Shown: positions 33,601-42,948 of the stretch, piece after piece
Layout: every line of letters starts with the position of its first letter
How positions within the stretch are numbered: the first letter of the stretch is position 1
Assembly: GCA_001770325.1 (NCBI GenBank)
Contig: MEQT01000068.1
Coordinates: 26,741-90,740 of the forward strand
Direction of reading: 5' to 3'
Origin: Betaproteobacteria bacterium RIFCSPLOWO2_02_64_14
GTDB taxonomy: Bacteria; Pseudomonadota; Gammaproteobacteria; Burkholderiales; SG8-41
DNA length: 64,000 nt
Notes under the pieces: model-generated
Told to the model about the DNA's origin: nothing
Database searches by the model: none
The model's input: the letters and a program-made list of their open reading frames with translations, nothing else
Made by a program: the position numbers and the translations under genes

Positions 33601-33604
33601 GCTC

Positions 33605-34666
33605 ATGTCCCGCCTGAAGAATGACACGCTGATCCGGGCTCTGCTACGGCAGCCCACCCCATACACGCCGGTATGGATCATGCGCCAGGCCGGGCGCTAT
33701 CTCCCCGAATACAACCGCACGCGGTCGCGCGCCGGCAGCTTTCTTGATCTTTGCCGCAATCCCGACCTTGCCACCGAAGTCACGCTCCAGCCGTTGTCGC
33801 GGTTTGCGCTGGATGCCGCCATCGTCTTCTCCGACATTCTTACTATCCCCGACGCGATGGGTCTCGGTCTGTACTTTGCGGAAGGGGAGGGTCCACGTTT
33901 CGACCGCCCGCTGCGGGACCAGGATACGATCCACCGCCTGCCGATTCCCGACCCCGAAGAACAGCTGGGCTACGTGCTCAATGCCGTGAGGCAGATTCAG
34001 CGGGCGCTAGCCGGTAAGGTTCCACTCATCGGTTTTGCGGGCAGCCCGTTTACGCTCGCTTGCTACATGGTGGAAGGAGGCTCAAGCACGGATTTCCATG
34101 TGTTAAAGGCCATGCTATACGCCCGGCCCGACCTGGTGCATCACATCCTCGATACCAACTGCCGTGCAGTGACCGGGTATCTGAACGCGCAGATCAACGC
34201 AGGCGTGGATGCCGTGATGATCTTTGATACCTGGGGCGGGATCCTTAGCACACCCGCCTTCCGCGAGTTCTCTCTCGCATACCTCGAACGGATTATCGAG
34301 GGTCTTTCGGGCGGAGAAAACGGGGAGCCAGTCCCGAGCATCGTTTTCACCAAGGGTGGCGGTCAATGGCTAAAGGATATTGCGGCGACCGGGTGCGACG
34401 CCGTCGGGGTGGACTGGACGACCGACATCGGCGCCGCGCGCGCGCTGATCGGGCGTGACGTGGCGCTGCAGGGAAACCTCGATCCGGCAGTGCTGTTTTC
34501 GAGCCCGGACGTCATACGAAAAGAGACACAGCAAGTACTGTCAGCATTCGGACCTGGGGGTGGACACGTGTTCAATCTCGGGCATGGGATTTCGCAGTTT
34601 GCCCCGCCCGAGCACGTGGGTGTGTTAGTGGACGCCGTGCACGAGCTTAGTCGCCCGTTCCACTGA
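33605..34666 (+). CDS. hemE: Uroporphyrinogen decarboxylase
   Basis: Starts [36 protein letters not shown], the canonical HemE N-terminus. The remainder is collinear with HemE. Confidence 0.92.
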   Translation: MSRLKNDTLIRALLRQPTPYTPVWIMRQAGRYLPEYNRTRSRAGSFLDLCRNPDLATEVTLQPLSRFALDAAIVFSDILTIPDAMGLGLYFAEGEGPRFDRPLRDQDTIHRLPIPDPEEQLGYVLNAVRQIQRALAGKVPLIGFAGSPFTLACYMVEGGSSTDFHVLKAMLYARPDLVHHILDTNCRAVTGYLNAQINAGVDAVMIFDTWGGILSTPAFREFSLAYLERIIEGLSGGENGEPVPSIVFTKGGGQWLKDIAATGCDAVGVDWTTDIGAARALIGRDVALQGNLDPAVLFSSPDVIRKETQQVLSAFGPGGGHVFNLGHGISQFAPPEHVGVLVDAVHELSRPFH

Positions 34667-34879
34667 CGCCACCAGAGGCCCTGCCATAGCGCACAAGAAA
34701 ACTTATGCACACCAAGGGCTTGCGCAGGGTCGTCACAGCCCAGGCTCGTGCACGTCGCCAGGAGACACTATCAACCCTTTGTTTTTACAAAGATTTTATT
34801 TTTCATTGTCTGCTGCGCGCGGGCCCGCATGACATCGCCAAGCAAGGACGCAGGGGGTCGACCAGAATCATTCACTTGG

Positions 34880-34903
34880 TTATCCACAAGGCAATGTGAG
34901 TAA
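34880..34903. promoter_or_regulatory. Convergent DnaA-box pair upstream of priA
   Basis: Perfect TTATCCACA at 34880-88, a 6-bp spacer, then inverted TGTGAGTAA (7/9) at 34895-903. A further 8/9 box TTATGCACA lies at 34703-11, and an AT-rich tract at 34778-34809. Confidence 0.55.
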
Positions 34904-35003
34904 GATCGAATTGTGCTGCAGCGTGAGTCACTTGCCACAAATTCGCAGACGCTGCATGAGCAGCGGGTTGTAACTTCCTTTTTGCCGGCCCGTCGCGATT
35001 ACG

Positions 35004-37196
35004 ATGAAAATTGCTCGCGTCGCCATCGACGTGCCGGTTCCAAAACTGTTCGATTACCACGCCGAAGGGCTGGGGCCCGGCGACATCGGGCAGCGTGTTC
35101 TCGTCCCGCTTGGGAACAGGAACGTGGTTGGACTTGTGGTGGCGCTGGACATCGACAGCGCGGTGGCGCCGGAGCGGCTGAAACCCGTGCGCCGCGTGCT
35201 GCGTGAGGTGCCTGCTCTTTCCCCGTGCGACCTCGACCTGCTGAGATTTGCCGCGGCCTATTATCACCATCCATTGGGTGCCGCAGTCATGGCTGCGCTC
35301 CCGGGCGCGCTGCGGCGCGCCCGCCTCCCGCGCGATAGATTGGCCCTCGATTATCTCGTGACTCCGAAAGGCGAAAGCGCCAACCTTGATACCCTGCCGC
35401 GGCGCGCAACCGTGCAGCGCCGACTTCTTGCAGCGCTCAAGCATCACCGCGAGCTGAGCTGGGACGCGTTGAGATCAGCCGCCGGACCCAAGGCAGGGGT
35501 CGCCGTCAAGCAGCTGATAATGCGCGGCTGGGTGCGTAGCGAGCAGCGCGCTGATGCGCCGGCCCAAGCACCGCGCAGCCCGACCGTCGCCGGCGGACCC
35601 GCACTCACGCCGGAGCAAATCCAGGCCACGGGCGCGATAGCCGCCTCGTTCGGCCGGTTCGGGGCATTTGTCCTGCTCGGCGTCACCGGCAGCGGGAAAA
35701 CGGAGGTCTATCTGCACGCGATCGCCGCTGTGCTTCGTGCCGGCGGCCAGGCGTTGCTGCTGGTTCCCGAGATCGTGCTGACGCCGCAGCTCGAGGCATT
35801 AATACACTCGCGCTTTCCCGACACAGTCGTCGCGACGCTGCATAGCCGGTTAAGCGAAGCGGAGCGATTGCAGCATTGGCGCGCGGCCCAGGATGCGCGG
35901 GCAGGGGTGGTGCTGGGAACACGCCTCGCAGTTTTCGCCCCCATCCCCAGGCTCGCGCTGATCATCGTGGATGAAGAGCACGACCTCTCATTCAAACAGA
36001 TGGACGCTTTACGCTACTCCGCACGCGATCTCGCCGTGGTGCGGGCAAAGCAGATGCACGTACCGGTGGTCCTGGGGTCCGCGACGCCCGCGCTCGAAAC
36101 CTATCACAACGCGGTCAGCGGCCGTTATCAGCTTCTGCACCTCACGAAGCGGGTCGGTGCCGTGATGCCGCAGATCGAATGCATCAATACGCACGGCGAG
36201 CGCCTCGTGGACGGCCTCTCACAACCGCTGCTGCAGGCGATCGCGGCACGTCTCGGCGGACATGAACAGAGCCTGGTATTCATCAACCGCAGGGGGTACG
36301 CGCCGGTGCTGATGTGCCGGGCTTGCGGCTGGCTCTCCGCATGTCACCGCTGCACGGCACAGCTCGTTCTGCACGTTGCCGACCATCGGCTACACTGCCA
36401 CCACTGCGGCTCCCAAGCCCGTGTGCCCGTTGCGTGCCCGGACTGCGGCAATCAGGACCTGGCGCCGCTTGGCCAGGGAACGCAGCGCGTGGAGGTCGCG
36501 CTTGCCAGGCAGTTTCCTGCCGCACGAATCATGCGGATCGACCGTGACAGCACTCGCCGCAAGGACGTGTGGCCGACCGTGCGCCAACAGATCCAGGCGA
36601 GGGAGATCGACATTCTCGTCGGCACCCAGATTCTCGCGAAAGGGCATGATTTTCCCCATCTGAGCCTCGTTGGAGTACTGAATGCTGACAGCCTGCTCTA
36701 CAGCACCGACTTCCGCGCGCCCGAGCGGCTTTACGCGTTGCTCACGCAGGTCGCCGGTCGCGCAGGGCGTGGTGACAAACGTGGCGAGGTCATGATCCAG
36801 ACCGAGTTCCCGCGTCATCCGCTCTACGAAGCGCTGCGCAGGCAGGACTACGCCTCGTTTGCTGCAGCCGCGTTGACAGAACGTCGTCAGGCGGGTTTCC
36901 CGCCGTTCGTGCACCAAGCATTGCTGCGGGCGGAAGCCGCCGGGCTCGAGACATCTCTGGCGTTCCTGGACGATGCCGCCCGGGCCGGCAAAGCGCTGTC
37001 GCAACACGTTGTCATCTACGACCCGGTTCCCGCAGGCATGGTGCGCCGCGCCGGTCGTGAGCGCGCGCAGCTCCTGGTGCAGGCGGCATCGCGCAGCCGA
37101 TTGCGTGAATTCCTCGGCAAATGGTACGAGCGACTGTCCGCAGCGCCCTCGACCCGCGCGCGCTGGTCGCTCGACGTGGATCCGGTGGAGTTCTAG
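35004..37196 (+). CDS. priA: Primosomal replication-restart helicase PriA
   Basis: 730 aa with Walker A GVTGSGKTEVY, DEEH box IVDEEHD and the Cys-rich zinc region (CRACGWLSACHRCTAQL...CHHCG...CPDCG). Confidence 0.92.
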   Translation: MKIARVAIDVPVPKLFDYHAEGLGPGDIGQRVLVPLGNRNVVGLVVALDIDSAVAPERLKPVRRVLREVPALSPCDLDLLRFAAAYYHHPLGAAVMAALPGALRRARLPRDRLALDYLVTPKGESANLDTLPRRATVQRRLLAALKHHRELSWDALRSAAGPKAGVAVKQLIMRGWVRSEQRADAPAQAPRSPTVAGGPALTPEQIQATGAIAASFGRFGAFVLLGVTGSGKTEVYLHAIAAVLRAGGQALLLVPEIVLTPQLEALIHSRFPDTVVATLHSRLSEAERLQHWRAAQDARAGVVLGTRLAVFAPIPRLALIIVDEEHDLSFKQMDALRYSARDLAVVRAKQMHVPVVLGSATPALETYHNAVSGRYQLLHLTKRVGAVMPQIECINTHGERLVDGLSQPLLQAIAARLGGHEQSLVFINRRGYAPVLMCRACGWLSACHRCTAQLVLHVADHRLHCHHCGSQARVPVACPDCGNQDLAPLGQGTQRVEVALARQFPAARIMRIDRDSTRRKDVWPTVRQQIQAREIDILVGTQILAKGHDFPHLSLVGVLNADSLLYSTDFRAPERLYALLTQVAGRAGRGDKRGEVMIQTEFPRHPLYEALRRQDYASFAAAALTERRQAGFPPFVHQALLRAEAAGLETSLAFLDDAARAGKALSQHVVIYDPVPAGMVRRAGRERAQLLVQAASRSRLREFLGKWYERLSAAPSTRARWSLDVDPVEF

Positions 37197-37277
37197 GCGC
37201 CAGGCGTATTCCGGCACGGCAAACTCGGTCCGCGTATGCGGCTCGTTTATAATGGCGCGCTTCCGGCACGTCCCCAC

Positions 37278-39023
37278 ATGAACTCCCCGGCTTCCCCCGA
37301 CCTTCGCGCCCACCTGCGAGAGCTTTTCGAAGCGGCGCTGCACGAAGTCGCACCGAACATGCGCGGCGCGAGCATCGTCCTGGAGCGGCCGAAGCTCGCG
37401 AAGCACGGCGACTACGCCTGCAATCTCGCCCTGCAAGTTGCAAGGCAGCTGCGCGCGAAGCCGCGCGAGATCGCGGCGCGGCTGCTCGACGCGCTGCCGG
37501 TTTCACCCTGGATCGAGAAAGCGGAAGTCGCGGGCGCCGGATTCATCAATGTGTTTCTGCGCCCTACCATCAAGAAGCAGGCGGTGAACCGCGTTTTGAC
37601 GGCGGCCGCGTCGTACGGCACAACCACGCTGGGGCAGGGCAGGCGTGCGCAGATCGAGTTCGTGTCGGCCAACCCGACGGGCCCGCTACACGTGGGTCAC
37701 GGCCGCGGTGCCGCATTTGGAGCGAGTCTCGCCAACGTGCTCGCTGCCGCGGGCTTTGCAGTTACGCGGGAGTTCTACATCAACGACGCCGGCCGGCAGA
37801 TGGACATACTGGCGTTGTCGACCTGGCTGCGTTATCTGGAACTCGCGGGCGAGCGCGTGCCGTTTCCGCCCAATGCGTACCAGGGCACCTACGTCGCCGA
37901 TATGGCGCGCCAGATCCTCGCGGCACACGGCACCCATTATGCGCGCCGCGCCACGGAGTTCACTGCCGGGCTCCCCGACATGGACGCCGACGCCGAGAGC
38001 TACCTCGATGCCCAGATCGGCAGGTCCAAATCGCTGCTGGGGCCGGATTTCGCCTATTTTCACAGCTTCTCCCTCAACGAGCAGCTTGCCGACTGCCGTG
38101 ACGATCTTACGGAATTCGGCGTCACCTTCGATCACTGGTTCTCCGAGCGCTCGCTCTACGACTCGGGTCTCATCGAGCGCGCGATACGCGATCTCGATCA
38201 GCGAGGACACCTTTATCAGCAGGATGGCGCACAGTGGTTCAGATCGTCGGCGTTCGGCGACGAGAAGGATCGCGTGATTCAGCGCGAAAACGGGTTCTAT
38301 ACCTACTTTGCGGCCGATATCGCCTATCACCTGAACAAATTCGAGCGCGGATTTGATCTGCTGATCGACGTCTGGGGCGCCGATCACCATGGTTATATCG
38401 CACGCGTCAAGGCGGCGCTCGGCGCGCTCGGCCGCAATCCCGAGCAGCTGACCATCGCGCTGGTGCAGTTTGCGGTACTCTATCGCAATGGCCAGAAGGT
38501 CCCCATGTCCACGCGCTCAGGAGAATTTGTGACGTTGCGCGAACTGCGCAATGAGGTCGGGAACGACGCCGCACGTTTCTTCTACGTGTTGCGCAAGAGC
38601 GACCAGCATCTCGATTTCGACCTCGATCTTGCGAAATCGCGGAGCAACGAGAATCCCGTTTACTACATTCAATATGCGCACGCCCGCGTCTGCAGCGTTC
38701 ACGAGCAGTGGGGTGGCGATGCCGCTTCGCTGACGGACGCCGACGCGGCACCGCTCGCCTCCGAGCAGGAGCTGGGCCTCCTTCAAAGACTGATTGATTA
38801 TCCCGATATCGTCGAGGAAGCTGCCCGCGAACTGGCCCCGCATCTCGTCGCGTTCTACTTGCGCGACCTCGCCGCGGATTTCCACGGTTACTACAATTCG
38901 ACGCGCCTGCTGGTGGACGACCCGCCGGTGAGGCTGGCGCGACTCGCCCTCGTTACTGCGGTGCGCCAGGTGTTGCGCAACGGGCTGGCACTGCTGGGTG
39001 TTTCAGCACCCGAAAAAATGTAA
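37278..39023 (+). CDS. argS: Arginyl-tRNA synthetase
   Basis: Class I signature SANPTGPLHVGHGR (HIGH) and the C-terminal anticodon-binding domain. I prefer the ATG at 37278 over the ORF opening at 37236. Confidence 0.92.
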   Translation: MNSPASPDLRAHLRELFEAALHEVAPNMRGASIVLERPKLAKHGDYACNLALQVARQLRAKPREIAARLLDALPVSPWIEKAEVAGAGFINVFLRPTIKKQAVNRVLTAAASYGTTTLGQGRRAQIEFVSANPTGPLHVGHGRGAAFGASLANVLAAAGFAVTREFYINDAGRQMDILALSTWLRYLELAGERVPFPPNAYQGTYVADMARQILAAHGTHYARRATEFTAGLPDMDADAESYLDAQIGRSKSLLGPDFAYFHSFSLNEQLADCRDDLTEFGVTFDHWFSERSLYDSGLIERAIRDLDQRGHLYQQDGAQWFRSSAFGDEKDRVIQRENGFYTYFAADIAYHLNKFERGFDLLIDVWGADHHGYIARVKAALGALGRNPEQLTIALVQFAVLYRNGQKVPMSTRSGEFVTLRELRNEVGNDAARFFYVLRKSDQHLDFDLDLAKSRSNENPVYYIQYAHARVCSVHEQWGGDAASLTDADAAPLASEQELGLLQRLIDYPDIVEEAARELAPHLVAFYLRDLAADFHGYYNSTRLLVDDPPVRLARLALVTAVRQVLRNGLALLGVSAPEKM

Positions 39024-39032
39024 GATAACCGT

Positions 39033-39635
39033 GTGACCAAGGACTACAAGAAAACAGAACGCACGAAGGGTCGACGCTCGGGGGGCGGTTCGCTGTTGCT
39101 GGGTATTCTGATCGGCCTGATACTCGGACTCGGCATTGCGCTTGCTGTCGCGTGGTATATCAACAAGGTTCCGAGTCCGTTTCTCGGGCGTCAGCCGCCC
39201 GCCGCCAAGAGCGAGGCGCCCGACACCGCAACCGGTACACCTCCGGCCAAGAGCGATGACAAGGCGGCTAAATCGATCGAGGCGAAACCGCGTTTCGATT
39301 TCTACAAGATCCTGCCCGGCAACGAAGAACCCGCCACCGACCAGCAGCTGAGAGAAGCGCAGACGAGGTCAACGATAACGTCCAAGGAAGCGTTTTTTCT
39401 GCAAGCCGGGGCTTTTCAGAGCCCGGCGGATGCGGACAATCTCAAGGCCAGGCTCGCTCTGCTGGGTATCGAGGCGACAGTGCAGACGACGTCCCTCCCC
39501 GACAAGGGTGTCTGGCACCGGGTGCGCGTGGGTCCTTATACCAGCGTCGAGGAACTGACCCGGACCCGGGATACTCTCAAGCAGAACGGCGTGAGCACCT
39601 CATTGATAAAGGTGCGGGACGCCGGCACGCGCTGA
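39033..39635 (+). CDS. SPOR-domain cell-division protein (FtsN-like)
   Basis: 200 aa with a GTG start, an N-terminal TM helix, a low-complexity linker and a C-terminal SPOR domain (FFLQAGAFQSPADADNLKARLALLG...WHRVRVGPY). Confidence 0.8.
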   Translation: MTKDYKKTERTKGRRSGGGSLLLGILIGLILGLGIALAVAWYINKVPSPFLGRQPPAAKSEAPDTATGTPPAKSDDKAAKSIEAKPRFDFYKILPGNEEPATDQQLREAQTRSTITSKEAFFLQAGAFQSPADADNLKARLALLGIEATVQTTSLPDKGVWHRVRVGPYTSVEELTRTRDTLKQNGVSTSLIKVRDAGTR

Positions 39636-39661
39636 CCTCGCGCACCACTTACGGAGTCGTT

Positions 39662-40324
39662 ATGCGTTCAGTGAAGTCCTGCGGCTGGCTCGTTCCGTTG
39701 CTCTTGCTCCTGTTCGCATCCCGCATCGCTTCGGGGCAGATCGTCCCCGGCAGGGATTTCCGCGTGCTCGACCGGCCGCAACCGACCGCAAGCGGAAAGA
39801 ACGTGGAGGTGATTGAGTTTTTTTATTATGGCTGCCCGCACTGCAGCAATCTTCAGGGGCCGCTTGAGACGTGGCTGAAACGCAAGCCGGCCGACGTGGA
39901 GTTCAAGCGGCAACCGGTGGTATTTGATGATGCCTGGCTGCCGCTTACCAGGGCCTATTACGCGATCGAGGCGATGAAACTCACCGACACGCTTCACCAG
40001 CAGGTATTTGCGGCGATACATGGGCAGAACCTGCGGCTGAACAATACCAAAGTCCTATTTGACTGGATAGCCACCAAGGGGGTGGAACGACAGAAATTCG
40101 CGGATACCTACAACTCGTTTTCGGTTTCCGCCCGCGCCAATGGCGCCAAGGAAATCACCCGCAAATTCGATATTCCCGGCACGCCTGCGATTGTCGTCGA
40201 CGGCCGGTATCTGACTGCCCCGTCGATGACGGTGAAGTCCAACAACGAAGTCGACTTCGTCCGCTACTTCCAGGTTTTGGACCACGTGGTTGCGCTCGCA
40301 CGCAAGGGCGGCGGCGCAAAATAG
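39662..40324 (+). CDS. dsbA: Thiol:disulfide interchange protein DsbA
   Basis: 220 aa with a signal peptide and thioredoxin-fold active site FFYYGCPHCSNL. Confidence 0.88.
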   Translation: MRSVKSCGWLVPLLLLLFASRIASGQIVPGRDFRVLDRPQPTASGKNVEVIEFFYYGCPHCSNLQGPLETWLKRKPADVEFKRQPVVFDDAWLPLTRAYYAIEAMKLTDTLHQQVFAAIHGQNLRLNNTKVLFDWIATKGVERQKFADTYNSFSVSARANGAKEITRKFDIPGTPAIVVDGRYLTAPSMTVKSNNEVDFVRYFQVLDHVVALARKGGGAK

Positions 40325-40327
40325 ACG

Positions 40328-40978
40328 ATGATATCAAGGCGGGTGGTGCTGGCGGGCTTCATCGCCGCCCTCTGGCCAGGCAGCCTTCTGCGCGCCCGGC
40401 TCGCCGCCGGTGCGCAGCTCGATCGACACTATCGCCTGCTTGCCCCGGGTCAGCCGGTCGCTACGGGCGATCACGTGGAAATCATCGAGTTCTTCTGGTA
40501 CGGCTGCCCTTACTGTTTCGAACTCCAACCACTGCTGGAGGCTTGGCTGCGGCGCAAACCCGCAGATACGGCGTTTCGCCGGATTCCGGCGGTGATGCGC
40601 GAAACCTGGGCGCCTCACGTGCGGATCTTCTACACGCTGGCGGCATTAGGCGAGTTGGAGCGGCTTCACCAGAAAGTCTACGATGCCTATCATGTGGACG
40701 CGCTCGCGATGAGCAAGCCCGACGTGGTCGCGCAATGGGCTGCCCGTCATGGCATCGACCGGGAGACATGGCTGGCTGCGTACATTTCTCCTCAGGTTGA
40801 CCAAGGCGTGGATATGGCTCGCGAGTCCACCTCGCGCTACCAGGTACCGGGAACGCCTTCGCTTGTGGTTGACGGGCGGTACATGACGTCCAGCGCGCTC
40901 GCGGGAAGCGTGCCCGGTGTCATCCCCATACTTGACGAACTGATACGCCTCGCCCGCTTGGATCGTGCCCCTCGCTAG
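40328..40978 (+). CDS. Second DsbA-family thiol:disulfide oxidoreductase (paralog)
   Basis: 216 aa with active site FFWYGCPYCFEL. It starts 3 nt after the first dsbA and is collinear with it (e.g. PGTPSLVVDGRY versus PGTPAIVVDGRY). Confidence 0.85.
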   Translation: MISRRVVLAGFIAALWPGSLLRARLAAGAQLDRHYRLLAPGQPVATGDHVEIIEFFWYGCPYCFELQPLLEAWLRRKPADTAFRRIPAVMRETWAPHVRIFYTLAALGELERLHQKVYDAYHVDALAMSKPDVVAQWAARHGIDRETWLAAYISPQVDQGVDMARESTSRYQVPGTPSLVVDGRYMTSSALAGSVPGVIPILDELIRLARLDRAPR

Positions 40979-41095
40979 GGGGCTTCCTGCCGCCGGCCAG
41001 TCAGAGCAAGCTCGACGAACGCGGATCCCTCGCGCTCGCACGCCGCCCCCTTCGAGCGCAAACACTTTGCGGCGGCACACGAATCATGACTTCGG

Positions 41096-42937
41096 CTATT
41101 CGACCGTCACGGACTTGGCAAGGTTGCGCGGTTTGTCGACGTCGGTGCCGCGCCGCAGCGCCGCGTGATACGCAAGCAATTGCAGCGGGATGGTGTGGAG
41201 AATGGGAGACAGCAGTCCCGCGTGATCGGTAAGGCGTATGACGTGCAAGCCGTCGCCCGGCTCAATGCAGGATTCCTGGTCCGCCAGCACATGCAGCTCA
41301 CCCCCGCGGGCTCGCACTTCCTGCAGATTGGACTTGAGCTTTTCCAGCAACGCGTCGTTGGGCGCGATTGCCACCACCGGCATGGAGCGGTCCACCAGCG
41401 CCAAGGGGCCGTGCTTGAGTTCTCCGGCAGGGTAGGCTTCCGCGTGAATATACGAGATCTCCTTCAACTTCAGCGCCCCTTCCATTGCAATCGGATAGTG
41501 AATGCCGCGCCCCAGAAACAAGGCGTGATTGCGCCCGGCAAACTTCTCCGCCCATGGGAGGATTGCCTGCTCGACCTGTAGCACCCGAGACAACGCGAGA
41601 GGCAGATGCCGAAGGCTCCTGATAAGCTGCTGCTCGGACTCCAGCGATAACCTGCGTCGCAGCCGCGCGAGCACCACGGCGAGCAGGACGAAGGCCGTCA
41701 GCTGCGTGGTAAAGGCCTTGGTCGAAGCGACGCCGATTTCCGGGCCCGCGCGCGTGAGAAAGCGCAGCTCGCTTGCCCGCACCAGCGAGCTTTCAGGGGC
41801 GTTGCAGATCGCCAGGCAATGCTCGTGCCCCAGCGATTGCGCGTGCTTGAGCGCAGCGATCGTATCCGCGGTTTCTCCTGATTGCGACACCGTCACTACC
41901 AGCGCCCTGGGATTCGGCACCGATTTGCGGTAGCGGTACTCGCTCGCGATCTCCACGACACAGGGGATGCCGGCAATCGCCTCAAGCCAGTAACGGGCGA
42001 CCAAGCCGGCATGGAAACTGGTTCCACAGGCGAGTATCAGCACGGCGTCCGCCTCGCGCAGGACACGCTCCGCGTCTACGCCAAAAACCTGCGGGGAGAT
42101 CGATTGTGCGCCCGCGACCATCTCGAGGGTGGCGGCAACGGCGCTCGGCTGCTCGAAGATCTCCTTCTGCATGTAGTGCGAGTAGGTCCCCAATTCCACT
42201 GCATCCGCCGAAAGTTGACTCCGGGTCACAGCGCGCTGCACGCCGCGTCCTTCGCCGTCGCATACGCGCACGCCGCCCGGCCGCACTTCCACCACGTCGC
42301 CTTCCTCAAGGTAAATCACGTCGCGGGTCTGCGCCACGAGTGCGCTCGCGTCCGAAGCGATGTAGTTCTCGCCTTCGCCCAGCCCGACGAGCAACGGTGA
42401 ACCCTTGCGTGCCCCGATCACGACATCCGGCTCACCGCTCGACACAAATCCGACGGCGTAGGCTCCCTCCCATTCCCGGCTCGCCCGTCTTACGGCTTCA
42501 AACAGCGGCATGCCTTGTGCAACCAGGGAATGCACATGGTGCACCATCACCTCGGTATCGGTTTCCGACGAGAAGTGGTATCCCAGCGCCTTCATGCGGG
42601 CGCGGATCGGCTCGTGATTCTCCACTATGCCATTGTGAACGATGCCGATTTCGAGGCCGTCGCGCGCGGAGAAGTGAGGGTGTGCATTCGTCTCGGTCGG
42701 CGCGCCGTGAGTCGCCCAGCGCGTGTGCGAGAGGCCGGTTCTTGTGTGCACGCCCTGCCGGCGCGCAAGTTCGTCGAGATGCGCGACCCGTCCCGTGGAG
42801 CGCAGCCGCGCGAGGTGCCCGTCCTCGACATAGGCGATGCCGGTCGAATCGTAGCCACGGTACTCGAGCTTACGGATGCCCTCTATGAGGACATCCACCA
42901 CGTCGCGCGTGGACGCCGCACCGACGATGCCGCACAT
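41096..42937 (-). CDS. glmS: Glutamine--fructose-6-phosphate aminotransferase
   Basis: 613 aa with N-terminal MCGIVGA (catalytic Cys2), two SIS domains and the C-terminus [12 protein letters not shown]. Confidence 0.95.
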   Translation of the reverse strand: MCGIVGAASTRDVVDVLIEGIRKLEYRGYDSTGIAYVEDGHLARLRSTGRVAHLDELARRQGVHTRTGLSHTRWATHGAPTETNAHPHFSARDGLEIGIVHNGIVENHEPIRARMKALGYHFSSETDTEVMVHHVHSLVAQGMPLFEAVRRASREWEGAYAVGFVSSGEPDVVIGARKGSPLLVGLGEGENYIASDASALVAQTRDVIYLEEGDVVEVRPGGVRVCDGEGRGVQRAVTRSQLSADAVELGTYSHYMQKEIFEQPSAVAATLEMVAGAQSISPQVFGVDAERVLREADAVLILACGTSFHAGLVARYWLEAIAGIPCVVEIASEYRYRKSVPNPRALVVTVSQSGETADTIAALKHAQSLGHEHCLAICNAPESSLVRASELRFLTRAGPEIGVASTKAFTTQLTAFVLLAVVLARLRRRLSLESEQQLIRSLRHLPLALSRVLQVEQAILPWAEKFAGRNHALFLGRGIHYPIAMEGALKLKEISYIHAEAYPAGELKHGPLALVDRSMPVVAIAPNDALLEKLKSNLQEVRARGGELHVLADQESCIEPGDGLHVIRLTDHAGLLSPILHTIPLQLLAYHAALRRGTDVDKPRNLAKSVTVE

Positions 42938-42948
42938 AAATTTCAGTG

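Noticed and set aside
34705-34899. A 64-aa ORF in the hemE-priA spacer, and the 191-aa minus-strand ORF at 34872-35447.
   Set aside because: Neither has a ribosome-binding site or any recognisable motif. The first spans the AT-rich tract and DnaA boxes. The second is antisense to the priA 5' end.
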